A DNA stretch of 64,000 nucleotides from NCBI GenBank assembly GCA_026023565.1, contig JAPETS010000037.1, positions 124,001 through 188,000 of the forward strand. The letters run 5' to 3'. Position numbers and translations under genes: made by a program. The notes beneath the pieces were generated by a model. It made no database searches and had not been told where the DNA came from. It saw only the letters and a program-made list of their open reading frames with translations. Source of the stretch: Cirrosporium novae-zelandiae. Lineage: Eukaryota. This document shows positions 1 through 11,543 of this stretch, piece after piece. Every line of letters starts with the position of its first letter. Positions within the stretch are counted from its first letter, which is position 1.

Positions 1-564
1 AATTGCGTCTTGATATCTTAGAATGTCTGGAGTATGTATATGATTTTGCTCCTCCTCTTCCTCGTCATCATGAAGTACCCCTATTATAGCTTCAACATCA
101 CCGTTCTTGCAGTATTCTAGGAAGGCGCGACATTTGCGCTCATCAGGATAAGCTTTCAGATAGGCCTCTTCTCTGAGTTCGGGGAGTATATCCAAATTTT
201 CTTGAAGTCCGCCTTCATTTTGGAGGGTACATAAAAGTTGCTCTTCTCCTTTTTCATTCATGGTTGCTAGGGACTTGAAACATTTAGGGCATTCTGTTAC
301 AGTGTAGGCTTCAATAAGACACTCCCTAGAATCAAAGAGGAATCAGTAAGTATTCTCGTGCAGTACAAGAGGCAATGTAGCATGATGGGAGCAAAAGAAA
401 TAATCAACTCACCAATGAAAATGACACCCACATGGAAGGCACACATCGTCGGGTACAATCTCTTGTTGCGAAGAGCTTGGCCCGGGACCTTGATCTATTT
501 CATTATCGCTGTCTGGCTCAACCTCAAAGACCAATGGCTTTTCACAAGCCGCGCAAACAGCCAT
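1..564 (-). CDS. Conserved fungal RING-like zinc finger / ankyrin-like protein, runs off the window start
   Basis: Exon 1 (564-413) reads MAVCAACEKPL...DDVCLPCGCHFHW. A GTGAG..TAG intron at 412-326 splits the W codon. Exon 2 reads ECLIEAYTVTECPKC...RAFLEYCKNGDVEAII. The pattern C-x2-C...C-x-C-H-x-H-x2-C...C-x2-C is RING-like. Confidence 0.75.
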
Positions 565-910
565 ATCTGAATATTTCGAGGAATAGAAAGTCGTCAATTA
601 TAAGCCTATGGGGAACAAGTTTTGGCGTGGATAGTTTTCTTCGGATTTATTTGTTCCTGCTGTTGTCCGTACTTAATTTTTGCTCTCGTTGTCATTTCCT
701 TCTTTTTTCTCGATGAGACTCCCGTCGGTAGTCGGAAACAGCGTCATCGCATCTTCAGCTATGTTCCCTCCCCGACCAATACTCCAAGGTACATAACAAT
801 CCCTTCCATAGACTGTCCTTGAGAGAATGTCAAAACCCCATTCTATGTGGTCATGATCATCTTGTCGCTTGGGAATGTGTCGATTATAGAAAGACTATAC
901 CGTAATTGCA

Positions 911-3900
911 ATGGAGGCCGCTACCGATCCAAAACCCTTGTGTCAGAACACTGACACCGATCCTTTGTCCAAAGATGAGAGTGCTCCAGTTCTAACGACC
1001 CCAGAACCCCCCAGCTCACCACAACGGCCACGAAACCTTACAGATCGCATCCTTGAATTTCTATCTACTGCTAGCAACGAGAAGCTTGGGCTATGTGCAT
1101 TGGGCCTTGGAGCTACAACCTATGTTGTGCTTGGAAGAGTTGGGCTCATACTTATAGGAGTTGTTGGAGGAATAATCTTACATGCTACGTGGGATGGCAG
1201 TATAGCTGCAGCTGGGCATAATGAAGCTAGAGCTCAGGAGGCGAGGCGAAGAAAAGAGGTCGGAATTGATGTTGTGAGCAGGATACTTGCATGGCGGGAA
1301 GAGAAGAAGGAGAAGGCGGGTGATGAGAACACAATTGACTTGGAATTCTCCGACTTTCAACCTGCAACAAGAGATGCATTGGTATCTCTGGTGGATGCAG
1401 TAATTGGAAATTATGTCAAGTAATGAACCCGTCTGAATTTACCCCTGTACAAGCTGATCTTGTTTACATTCAGGTGGTGGTATAATCCAGTAATCCCATC
1501 CGATTCCTCATTCCCAGCCGCATGCCGAGAAACCCTTACAGGCTTCATACTATCTATAGCCAGTCATCTTGCTCGAAAACGCCCAGCAGACGCTTTTCTA
1601 GATTTTGTTACGAACACGTCTTCAATCCTCATAGTCTTTTTAAACGAGCTTTCGGTGGCTTTGATGAATCCGCAGGCCGATGGCCTGTCTCATAAAGAAG
1701 CCATGGAGCTATACTTGAAAGAAAAACCAGAAAGTAGTCTTGCCAATGTGCTGGACCCGCGACAACAGTATCGCAAGCTGGACTTGGTCTCGGACGATGT
1801 CCTGCATAATTTCCTCGGGCCCTCCAATTACAGCTGCCGACCTGCTCAGGTCTTCCTACGACGAATACTAGCAGATGTAATTTTGGAAAAGACAGTTCAA
1901 AGCTGTTCGAAGGCGGAATGGGTAAACAATTGGATTGTTTATTTGCTTGAAGATGGGGATAGAGAACATAAATTAATCAATGCAATTGACGCCGGTGTTG
2001 GTGGAGCAGCCGCCAGCGAGCTTAAGGCACAAGCTGCGCCAATTCAAGATAATTCCAATAAGCCTCCTGCCCAAGGGACACAGGGACATCAGCGTATGAT
2101 GAGCAAAGCGGATATAGCAATGGAGCAAGCTATGCTAGAAGCAAAAAGGCTTAACGAAATGATAGCTGCGGAAGACGCGAAGAGGAGTCTAGAGCAAATA
2201 CGGGAATCTGATCTGGGAACCGTACCAGAATCTGTTGTCAGTTCTTCCACAACAGCAACAACAGAAGGAATGGCAACGCCTACGTCTTCTCAAAGCGAAC
2301 GCGAACATTCCCGACGTGGTACTGGAGACTCTTCATCAGATCACTCTAGGAGTGCCGAGATAGTTCCTGATGATCTTGAGACAAAGCCGTGGATGGCTTC
2401 CGCTCCTGAGGATAGCAATGTTACTCCGTTAACGTCACAAGCTCCATCTGTATCAAAACGTCGATCTACCCAAAGTCAAGCATACACATCTGCACCTTTA
2501 ACTTTACACAAGGCTAAAGTATCATTGTTGGACGATTCTGATCCGAACAGCAAATCTACCCTTAAATCAAGGCCTACAGGGGACTATCTGCTTCAAATCG
2601 AGCCTGCTTCCAGCCAATACACGGGGTGGATGATACCGCGAAAGTATGTAGACTTTGAGGGCCTCCACGAAACACTTCGGAGGATTTCTGTCATCTCGGG
2701 CGTCCCAGAATTCACCCAGGAACATAGTACTTTGCCACATTGGAAAGGCCAGACCAAGTATTCTCTTCAAACAAATCTAGAGCAATATCTTAGCGATGCC
2801 CTCAAATATGATCGTCTCGCCGAAAGCGAAGGGATGAAAAAATTCCTCGAGAAAGAGCGCGGATTGGGAAAGGCAAAGCATGGGTCTCGTTTTCCAGGTC
2901 CAGCTGTCTTTGAAACTATGGGGAAGGGTGCCCTTGATTTTCTGACTTCCGCTCCAAAAGGAGTTGCCGAAGGAGGAAAATCCATATTGGATGGAGTAAC
3001 AGGAGTATTCGGAGGTCCTAAGAAGACAGCTTCGACAACCTCATTGCCAAGCCCGCCTATACTATCCAAATCTGCCGCCGCATCCTCCCTCAGCTTACCA
3101 CGGTCAGAAGATCGGGATGCAGGTGAATCAGACCTCAGGAGGAAGAGTCAAGAAAGCACGACGAGTTCTAGAGTCTCGAATGACGATTCCCGTCTCACCA
3201 GAACAAAGTCACAGTCGATTAGCAAAGGAGGTCCAATGACACCTATACAAACGCCATTAGCTTCACCAAGAAGTCCGGAATCTGGCTCTGGCATGGAATC
3301 CCCTTCTAGTGGACTCCAAAGATCCCAATCTAGTCGATCGATGACCACGAAACCAGCCCAGTATAATGATGATTCTGCCCCACTCACAAGTATTGAAGAA
3401 GCCCTTAACCTGCCTCCTCTACCCTGCGACATCGCCGATGATTACGGTTCTCCCACCAGACCAATCCAGCCTAAACGTCCCATAAACCGTTCATCAATAT
3501 CGCAAGTCATCCTTCCCTCCACGGCCCCCCAACACTCTTCCACCACCTCAGTATCACGTCCTCCGCCCCCACTTCGCCCCCAATCAACTCAATCCCTAAA
3601 ACCCAACCGTCCCCGTCCTACGGATCCCCCAATCTCCAGCCAGGAAACCCAGGTCCTCGTAGAGCTGCTCTTCGCCGTTCTTTCCGAGCTCTACAACCTC
3701 TCCTCCGCCTGGAACATCCGACGAACACTCCTCTCCGCTGCCAAGACTTTTCTTCTCCGTCCTGGCAATGCAGGACTCGATGCCATCAAAGATGCAGTAC
3801 AGAGCAGCCTCATCGAAGCGAATACTTCTGATACGGGCATCGCATCACACATAAACAAATTACGCGAGAATGGCATGCCCACCGAAGAAGAGTTGAAGAA

Positions 3901-4123
3901 TTGGCCCCCTGACCCGACGGAAGAAGATAATGAAAAGCTAAGAATAAAAGCAAGAAAGTTGCTGGTGACCAAGGGAATGCCCACTGCGCTGAACAGCGTT
4001 ATGGGACAGGCGGCTAGCGCAGAGGCCTTGGGAAGAGTGTTCGATTGTTTGCAGATTGAGCGGGTGGCAAGGGGGTTAGTCTTCGCGGTGTTATTACAGG
4101 CGATGAGGGCTATAACACATTAG
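911..4123 (+). CDS. PXA + PX + C-terminal nexin domain protein (Mdm1/SNX13-14-19-25-like sorting nexin) with N-terminal TM segments
   Basis: ORFs 911-1423 and 1460-4123 join via intron 1420-1473 (AA|GTAATG...CAG|G TGG TGG). Seen: hydrophobic N-terminal hairpin, PXA-like 'YVKWWYNP', PX-like 'GWMIPRKYVDFEGLHETL', and C-terminal 'GRVFDCLQIERVARGL'. Confidence 0.85.
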
Positions 4124-4959
4124 AGTAGACGGCAAATCAGATGGGGGCGTTTTTAAGTTGGGAGGGGGGGGTCGGTTGGGAATAATGGGAGTTGGATGTC
4201 CTCGTGGAGAAAGGAGGCAAGGGAAAAGGAGGAGGATTATTTGGGTGGTTTATAATTCCCTTCCTATTTTGACGACGATTCTTGATTGATTGATGGGATG
4301 GGATGGCACACGGCATGTGTTTTGTTCGGCGTATTGATGATTTTGCCCTATGAACTCGGTAGAAATCTCCCGTGATTAAAACTTGCAATCATTGCCTTTA
4401 GACATCATCACCAACCACCATCACCCACCCATCCCGGCGTACCTGCATACCCGAATCTAGCGTATGTGTGTTGTAGGAGATCCCTCCATAGTCTAACTAT
4501 AGACCATCCTCTACAGCCAGCCATTTTATTGGCCCTTCTTTTAAAAAAAACCCTAATTTTTAATATCCTTTTTTATGAGATACACATATATTTTAATGCT
4601 AGTTACTTTTAATGCAAACTTATTTATCAAACAAACTACAACTCCACCACACCACATATACTTAGTTATAAAAGAAAATGAAAAGATATTTTTATATTTT
4701 TTAGAAAAGTACATATACGCCTATAATCATGGCTGTGGCTATGACTATTATAGTATAGAGTGAGTCTAGAATTGTAGGGAAGAGTTTTTTTCGTTGTTGT
4801 TGTTGTTGTTGTTGGAGCGTTTTTTTTGGGGAGGGGAGGGGGGAGAAACTTCCTTGAGTTGAGTATGTGGTGGCGTATTTATGAGGGCTGTGGTGTACAT
4901 GTATAAGGGAATATGGCATTTTGTTAGGTTTGAAAAGAGGATATCGATAGATGTAGCAA

Positions 4960-5685
4960 CATGTTCTACCAAAACTCTAGTTGGATCCCAGAACTGTCGA
5001 ATTAATGGGATCATCGACTACAGTCTCCTGAAGATGGTCATGGAAGAGTACACCTCCTTTAAATTCAATACTGTTTATTATTCCCTACTGGAAAGCCACC
5101 CTCTTAGGGTTTTTGAGTATGAGTCTATCATACTTGTTTTTTTTTTCATCTGTCCAGGTTTCAAACTCCACGAATATATCTATCGAGCAGGTTTCGATAC
5201 CTTCGTGCTCATTTGATGGCATGAGGGATTATGATGGGCCGAGCTCATCGAGATGATACCCAAGTTGAGGACTGGGTTGTTAATGAACTGTGAATTGATA
5301 AGTAGATTTTGTAATCGCGAGAGTAGTTAGAAAATGAGTGTGACGACGATGACGATGGTCACGACGATGATCAAACCTGGGATGATAGCCACTCTTTCGA
5401 TATCCAGGTTGTAGGTAAAGAGGCGATAGAGACAATGACTAATGAAGAGAAAGAACTTATTGGCCTCTTTTAGAAGTTTTTAGGTACTCTGCTATCTATC
5501 GACGAGATCTCTAGTCCTACGAGCATTCCCAGTATCAGAGGAAATGGAGATTATGAAATCAGATCGGAAATCGAGGAGGAGGATGGTGGTGTCTAAAGTC
5601 GGCGAGATAGCTATAGACATCGGAACTGTGCAGCAGAAATTATAGATGTATCGTACAATATAGACGATTTCGAAGTCACCTTTTA
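4960..5685 (+). pseudogene. Degenerate coding relic with many in-frame stops (RIP-like), product unknown
   Basis: One frame from about 5253 reads DDTQVEDWVVNEL*IDK*IL*SRE*LENECDDDDDGH...GLF*KF...GGV*SRR. The stops are TAG/TAA/TGA, as expected from C>T changes in CAG/CAA/CGA codons. Flanks are AT-rich. Confidence 0.35.
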
Positions 5686-5742
5686 GCCTTTACGAGTAGT
5701 GGCAAAAAGAATCAAACAAACCAGGAATGAACATATATATTA

Positions 5743-6450
5743 TTAAGGTGCCTCCGTCGAAGTGAGGGCGAGTCGTTTCTCAATCACAGCGACAATCTCA
5801 TTCCAATCGCACATCCCTCCCTGCCCGGTATCACCACAGGCCAGGGTTTTCACCTGTGGTGGCAAAACCTCAAACCACCCCCATTCCTCGGTGAGTATCG
5901 CGATCTGTTTCGCAGTCAAGGGATGAGCCCACATCATGGTATTCATTGACGGCGCAACAATGATTGTAGCCCTTTTCGGATTCGAGGGGTCGATATCCCA
6001 GGCACGAATAACATTCGTCAGGAGATCGTCGCAGATACCCCCTGTCACCTTAGCCAACAGATTCGCAGACATTGGAACGATGGCGAGGAGGTGAGCCCAG
6101 CGACGAAGCTCTATATGGAGTATATTTGCATCTCTCGTCCACGGCTCAACCCACTCGTCTTCGTCCAGGTGAACGGAATCGACATTAGGGAGCAAGTCCA
6201 GGGAAGCCACCGTAGGCTGCTCCGAGGACTGTCCAGCAAGAAAGTAGGTTGCAGATTTAGTGAGGATGATGCGAATCGAGAGGTTCGAGTGGTGTTCCAA
6301 AGCGGAAATAATGAGGGGCAGTTTGATCGTAGCAACGGAACCACTCGCCGCCAAAATTAGATGCGTTTTGCCATCGTGGATTGCGGCTGCAACAGCTGCC
6401 GCTGGCGCTCGATGTGCTTCCTCGAAGTTCGCCTCAGGTCTAGTGCTCAT
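5743..6450 (-). CDS. Phosphopantothenoylcysteine decarboxylase (HFCD/Hal3 flavoprotein family)
   Basis: Intronless, 235 aa. Motifs: 'ASGSVATIK', catalytic His in 'ILHIELRRWA', FMN motif 'PMSANLLAK', 'PSMNTMMW', and substrate-clamp Cys in 'LACGDTGQGGM'. Confidence 0.92.
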   Translation of the reverse strand: MSTRPEANFEEAHRAPAAAVAAAIHDGKTHLILAASGSVATIKLPLIISALEHHSNLSIRIILTKSATYFLAGQSSEQPTVASLDLLPNVDSVHLDEDEWVEPWTRDANILHIELRRWAHLLAIVPMSANLLAKVTGGICDDLLTNVIRAWDIDPSNPKRATIIVAPSMNTMMWAHPLTAKQIAILTEEWGWFEVLPPQVKTLACGDTGQGGMCDWNEIVAVIEKRLALTSTEAP

Positions 6451-7148
6451 CTTTTTTATTTATTTATTTTTTGATGCTTGTGGGATTTTTGAACGCTCTA
6501 GCAAAGAGTGTAGTTTAGACTACTCATTATTCTCTTATTTTCTTTTTGGGATAGCTTACAGCATCGCACCGCGGAAGATGGTTATTCCAATCCTATGTAT
6601 TTTACTAAACGCCCTAGTAAACTTGAAAAATTCATTCATTTTGTGTATTTAGCTTTTTAATTAAAGGTATTCAAAAGCCCTTATCTATATATTTACTGCT
6701 CGTCCGTAGATTGAATAAATAGTCATTTATGCTGAGTTGTTCCTTCAATAAATACGTAGGTATTCATAGGTTTCTCCAACGTTAAGCTACTGAACGGATA
6801 ATGCAAATGATAACTTTGTTAATAGTCAATGCTGGAAATATTGTTACTTCGCCACACTTTGACAGGGGTCTTGGTTTTCTGTATTTTAACCTGTAATTTC
6901 AATTTTCGTTATCTTTCTTCCCGCTTCTATGGCTGCCAGGCACTCCAGGTCAGTAAAACATTGAAATATTACGACGGAAATTAACCGTATAAAGCTAAAG
7001 GGCACTAGTCCTGAAGTGGAGCTAACAATTAATAATTATTCTAGGGTTGACTAAGTATGAAAGTTATGCTATTTATACGACCAGACTTGGCACGGAACAT
7101 GCCCGAACTTCAAGATAACCCTTGCAAGCAACCACATCCCATTCTCAA

Positions 7149-7805
7149 TTAATCGTTGAAATCAAAGGAAAGATAACCACCGCCTTGCAAAGGAACCTCA
7201 GCGCAAGTATGACAGCCCTTATTCACGGTAAGTTTTACTGCCTCTTTTATAATTTTTCCGGAAATAGTTCTCGGCGTATCTTGTAGAGAAATACACAACA
7301 TATGAAATTTGATCCTAATATCATTGCACGTACTCATATCATTGAGTAGCGTACGACACCAAATAGATTCATGTTCGGTATAATAAGCGTCGTCGTTTAT
7401 TTTATCTAGGATCTGTTGTAGATATTGTCTCCATGAAAAGCTGCGTAGGCGCCATTGGCACTCCCATTGCCAATGCGACATTCTGCTCTTTGCCATGCAC
7501 TGAGGCTCACCCAAATCGGGGTAGTCATTCAGGTTTAATGCTTCAGTAGACTTGCCAGTCGTTTCAGGTAATGCAGTATCACTAATTGCCGTAGAAATAT
7601 CTTTCATCGTGGTTAAATGACTGGTCGTTTTAAAGGATGCGGTATCACTGGTCGCTGTGGAAATCACTTTCATCATGGTTAGGTGACTGGTTGTCTCCGT
7701 TGAATGGCTGACAGTTTTGGTTGAGTGGCGAGAACCCTTGGTGGTAGCAGTGGTCAAGAGGCCGATAGCGACCAGGATATATATCATGAAGATAGAGAAC
7801 TGCAT
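7149..7805 (-). CDS. Secreted KP4 killer-toxin-like protein (copy A) with Thr-rich repeat prodomain
   Basis: Signal peptide MQFSIFMIYILVAIGLLTTA. The C-terminal domain LGEPQC...C...INDDAYYTEHESIWC...LCISLQDT...ISGKIIK...VNKGCHTCAEVP...GYLSFDF matches the KP4-family pattern LGxxC..C..IxD..Y..ExIxC..ICxxLQxT..SGxxIK..GCxxCxxVP..GxL. A TATA-like element lies at about 7985. Confidence 0.75.
   Translation of the reverse strand: MQFSIFMIYILVAIGLLTTATTKGSRHSTKTVSHSTETTSHLTMMKVISTATSDTASFKTTSHLTTMKDISTAISDTALPETTGKSTEALNLNDYPDLGEPQCMAKSRMSHWQWECQWRLRSFSWRQYLQQILDKINDDAYYTEHESIWCRTLLNDMSTCNDIRIKFHMLCISLQDTPRTISGKIIKEAVKLTVNKGCHTCAEVPLQGGGYLSFDFND
7562..7695 (-). repeat. Two copies of a 66-bp (22-aa) coding repeat in the copy A prodomain
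   Basis: TTSHLTMMKVISTATSDTASFK / TTSHLTTMKDISTAISDTALPE. Confidence 0.85.
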
Positions 7806-7876
7806 GGTTGCTTGAAGTGGGGGGTTGGCAGAGAAGTTCTGAGCTTTATTGATAGAAGGGTGTAGTCGAATATGAT

Positions 7877-7943
7877 GAGTGAAGTGGATGCGAAGAGTGG
7901 AGTGGATGCGAAGAGTGGAGTGGATGCGAAGAGTGAAGTGGAT
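7877..7943. repeat. 18-bp tandem repeat (about 3.7 copies) in the 5' leader of KP4-like copy A
   Basis: Unit GAGTG(A/G)AGTGGATGCGAA at 7877, 7895 and 7913, with a partial copy at 7931. Confidence 0.9.
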
Positions 7944-7981
7944 TGTTGGAAAGAAAATTGGTAGAGAAAGGGGACTCTCAC

Positions 7982-7993
7982 CTATATTTATAG
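7982..7993 (-). promoter_or_regulatory. Putative TATA box of KP4-like copy A
   Basis: Minus strand reads CTATAAATATAG about 180 bp upstream of the ATG, followed by a pyrimidine-rich tract. Confidence 0.5.
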
Positions 7994-8803
7994 TAGAAAG
8001 CTGGTTCTATGAGTAGCTGGCTGAGTTCAACATTGTCTCGGGAATAGTATCAAGTAGGTTGAAAATCAAAGCGGAACCGTCTAAGCACAAAAGAAATCAT
8101 GGCAACTTTCAATGCAGAAATGAAAGTTTTGCGCTTAAGCAGAATCATAACAAGATGCTTGGTCGTGTTCACAATATTTAGCAAAGTATATGGCGTGGTG
8201 AGGCGACCGAACGAGAGGTCAGAGTCATAACGCAAGAATTAAAGCAACAAAACCGTCATGATATTGAATGCGCGAAGGACTTTCGGTGATGAGCAAAATC
8301 ATAAAAAAAGTATGTGGTATATGTGTTGTAGTAAAGTTAAGTTAACTATAAAAAGGCCGGGTATGTCAAAAAGCCGAGTACAATATATCCAGCAGTCCGT
8401 GCTTAGAGTGATACTATAATGTGGCAAATACTGTAAATATGGCCGACATTTCCTAATAAGGTGTTATCGTATACTATCGACCTACTGAAGGTCAAAGGTT
8501 GAGTCACCTTTCAACACCCAGAAAATTAATAATTAGATGTACACCGATGCATTCCGCACAAGCAAGTAACCTTTTCAAATGGTTTCATTTTGAATGCGAC
8601 CAGTCCTGTTCATAATATGTATCTAGTACCTATGACCATCATCTATCTAAAGGCAGTCATTCCCTAACACTACCCTCACAGCACACAACTTCATAGCACT
8701 CACCCTCACAGCACTACCTACTCTACAACACTACCGACCCCATAGCACTACTTAGCACTACTTAGCTCACCTCCACCTTCACAAAGTTCATCATTCCATA
8801 ACA

Positions 8804-9541
8804 ATGAAGGTCTCTACATTCAATTTGTTTACTGCTATGGCTCTGGTTTTTATGGCTGCCATAGCTAGTAGTAACTACACTACAGTACCTACTACTCTGG
8901 AGACCGTTATCTGCACCACCCAGAAACAACCGACTGCTGGATACTCCATTCCCAACTGCAATATCGTCAACGACGTTGTTACCGAGTTCACCATCACTGA
9001 ACGCGCCATTGCTGAGGACACCATCCCAGAGAGTCCCAATTCCCAATCCGGTCCCAACATCACCCTGGTTGCTCTCAGCGACAACTCAACTGTGTCATTC
9101 ACTGGCGGTAGGAAACCCAAAACCACTGGTCACCCGAAACCTGGTCTACTGCAAAACAGTTGGATTGAGCCCATGTGCTTAGAAGAGGGGGCCCGCTCCC
9201 CCTTTAGATTCCTCTGCCCCAGTTACCTCGCTAGGGGATTTAGATGGGAGGAGCACTTGGAGCTTGTTAAATCGAGAATACCAGATACTGCACGTTACAG
9301 CAATGGGGATGCTATATACTGTGAAAACTGGTGGCATCCTTTAATCATGTGCCCGAACACTGGAGCGCCGGTATGGCTAAATCACAACCTCTGCTTGTTT
9401 TTGGACGGTACTGGCAATCGCCGCTTCAGTGGCACGGAGATAAAAGATGCGCTTGAAATTGTAATGTATTACGATTGTCAGGTATGCTCGGTGAACAAGA
9501 TCGCCCAAGGTGGCTGGTTGGTGATAGATTTTTTGGGGTGA
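8804..9541 (+). CDS. Secreted KP4 killer-toxin-like protein (copy B), divergently transcribed from copy A
   Basis: Signal peptide MKVSTFNLFTAMALVFMAAIASS, then a T/P/S-rich linker. The C-terminal domain PMC...LC...IPDTARYSNGDAIYC...IMC...LCLFLDGT...FSGTEIK...YDCQVC...GGWLVIDF carries the KP4-like 'IPD.xxYxNGxxIxC' and 'SGxEIK...CxVC' motifs. Confidence 0.78.
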   Translation: MKVSTFNLFTAMALVFMAAIASSNYTTVPTTLETVICTTQKQPTAGYSIPNCNIVNDVVTEFTITERAIAEDTIPESPNSQSGPNITLVALSDNSTVSFTGGRKPKTTGHPKPGLLQNSWIEPMCLEEGARSPFRFLCPSYLARGFRWEEHLELVKSRIPDTARYSNGDAIYCENWWHPLIMCPNTGAPVWLNHNLCLFLDGTGNRRFSGTEIKDALEIVMYYDCQVCSVNKIAQGGWLVIDFLG

Positions 9542-11543
9542 TGCATCAGACGAAAGGGGAAAACTTTCCCAAAGAGTTAAGAGAGCTATATTATGGTTGC
9601 TATTTCTTATGGTGTTTTTTCAATTTTCGATTTTTGGTTTGCTAGATTGAACTAAATATCAAAGGCTGTGGTTAGTTTAGTTACTGTATATAACGACTAT
9701 GAAAAAAAATTGAAAACCATTTTATGTTACCCCAACGTTATAGACTATAAGCCAACTCGAGAGGCTACCCCAATAATAGATAGAAATAGAAAAATTGCCG
9801 TCGTTGAAAACTATCAAAGAGCCAAGACACTAGTAGGTACCGCAGCTAATGAATAATTAGATACGGCACACATCCCTCACGAGAGCCATCAACCATCAAC
9901 ATCATAATTAGCTCTCTAAGAAATTGCTATTACGGCTTTCGTCACTCGCTAGCTAGAGCGAGTATATCTGAGCTATATATATATATATAAAATCTCGATC
10001 CCCTAACAAAAATAAATTAGAAGTAAACTCGTTAGCTGGAGGAAGGAATGAGGAGTGAGGGAATAGGTTTGGTTACCCTGTTTCTGAGGGGTTATTAACA
10101 AAAACCTGAATCACATATCTATATTAATTGTTAAGGCACATTAGGCCTTAGGCATTCATTCGCATGCTGGTCGCATGCGCTTCTACCCCTTTAATGTTGG
10201 GCCTTGTACGCAGATCGATTACTATTGTTACTACTGCTCGCTTATATAGTTTTCTTTACCACACTACCTAGTATTTAAGCGCCGCCCTCACATTAATCTT
10301 CTAGCAAAAGCACTCGCGGGTGGACCCCACCCTACCTTGTAGTGGGCCTCGTTCTCATTGGAAAAGTTATCAGACGGCTAGAGCTCTTTTATTATAGGTA
10401 AATGCAAATGCAAATACATAAAAGCGTTTTAGCATGGTAAAGAAAAGTTGAGGTTAAAATTTCTAGAGCTCCGTCTCTGTCTTTATACATCTCAGTGAAC
10501 GATATCTTAGAGACCTAAATGATATATCAGCTAATATCTATGTTTTGTCTAAGAATCTTCATTGTCTAAGGGCTAGGCTTCCTGGAATCCTCGAAACCCT
10601 CCTGACGAATGAGAGTTTAATTCCATATCGGAGTTGTGTCATTATTTTCCCTAGAACTCTTTTTAGTTATATCAAAAGATCTTAAGATATAAATCTAGGC
10701 AAAAGGTCATCAATCATGTTTGGTCATGGAGAGGATTGTGGAAGCTCTGGGTAGATTGAAAGATTGCCTGGGTAGTAGGGTCCAAGAGTGACCGAAACGG
10801 TAATAGTAACGGCTGGTATAATGTCCTCCTGGAGCCTTATTATTTGGTATTGCGATGAAGGAAGCTAGGCAAATAGGTAGATATAATCAGCTACTCACCC
10901 TTCGGATGTCCGATAGGATTTGACTTCTGGCTAACATCGTTTCTTTCTCCGGTATTATCTCGCTATATCCCCTTCCACCCTTAGCTACATAATCGACGCG
11001 TCTCGCCCCCGAATTTTCATCCTCACTAATTCTGCATTCTCCTTCAAACGTTGGCATAAATCGGCAGCTATATTCTTCTTTGAATGGTTTCCACATTTGG
11101 GCTGTTCGGATAATCTTCAATTGTCAGACCAGCAGGTATGGACGACCACCTTGTAAGGAATTTGACTCGGTCTTTCAACCATCATGCTCTTCAATACCCT
11201 TGTAGCCCTACTCTTCAAGTAATTCGTGTTATCGTATACTGATCTCGGAGGTGTTGACTTGTCGGCTTGGACTCCTAAGATATGTTTGCGATAGTATGCT
11301 CGTATGTAATACGTGTCCCCGGCACCAAAGAATAGTCGATTCGTGCTGTAACTCTTATCATAGGATGGTACAACTGTTGCAAGAGTGGTGTGCTTGAATC
11401 TGTACGAGAGAGCAGTCGATATCTCAATAATGGTAATTGTACCGATTCATGAGGCTACCATCAGTCGAAAATATCGTTGCGATTATCACTTGAAAGAGTA
11501 AGGCAATACAACATTCATGCAAGCGAAAACGGGAATTTGCTAA

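Noticed and set aside
2567..3984. Antisense and alternate-frame ORFs overlapping long genes (here and throughout the ORF track)
   Set aside because: Shadow ORFs of well-supported genes, with no motifs of their own.
10000..11460. Possible gene or LTR/LINE remnant downstream of the Zn2Cys6 TF (incl. ORF 10887-11120)
   Set aside because: Protein-like frames are short and stop-interrupted, with no recognisable domain or termini. Too weak to call.
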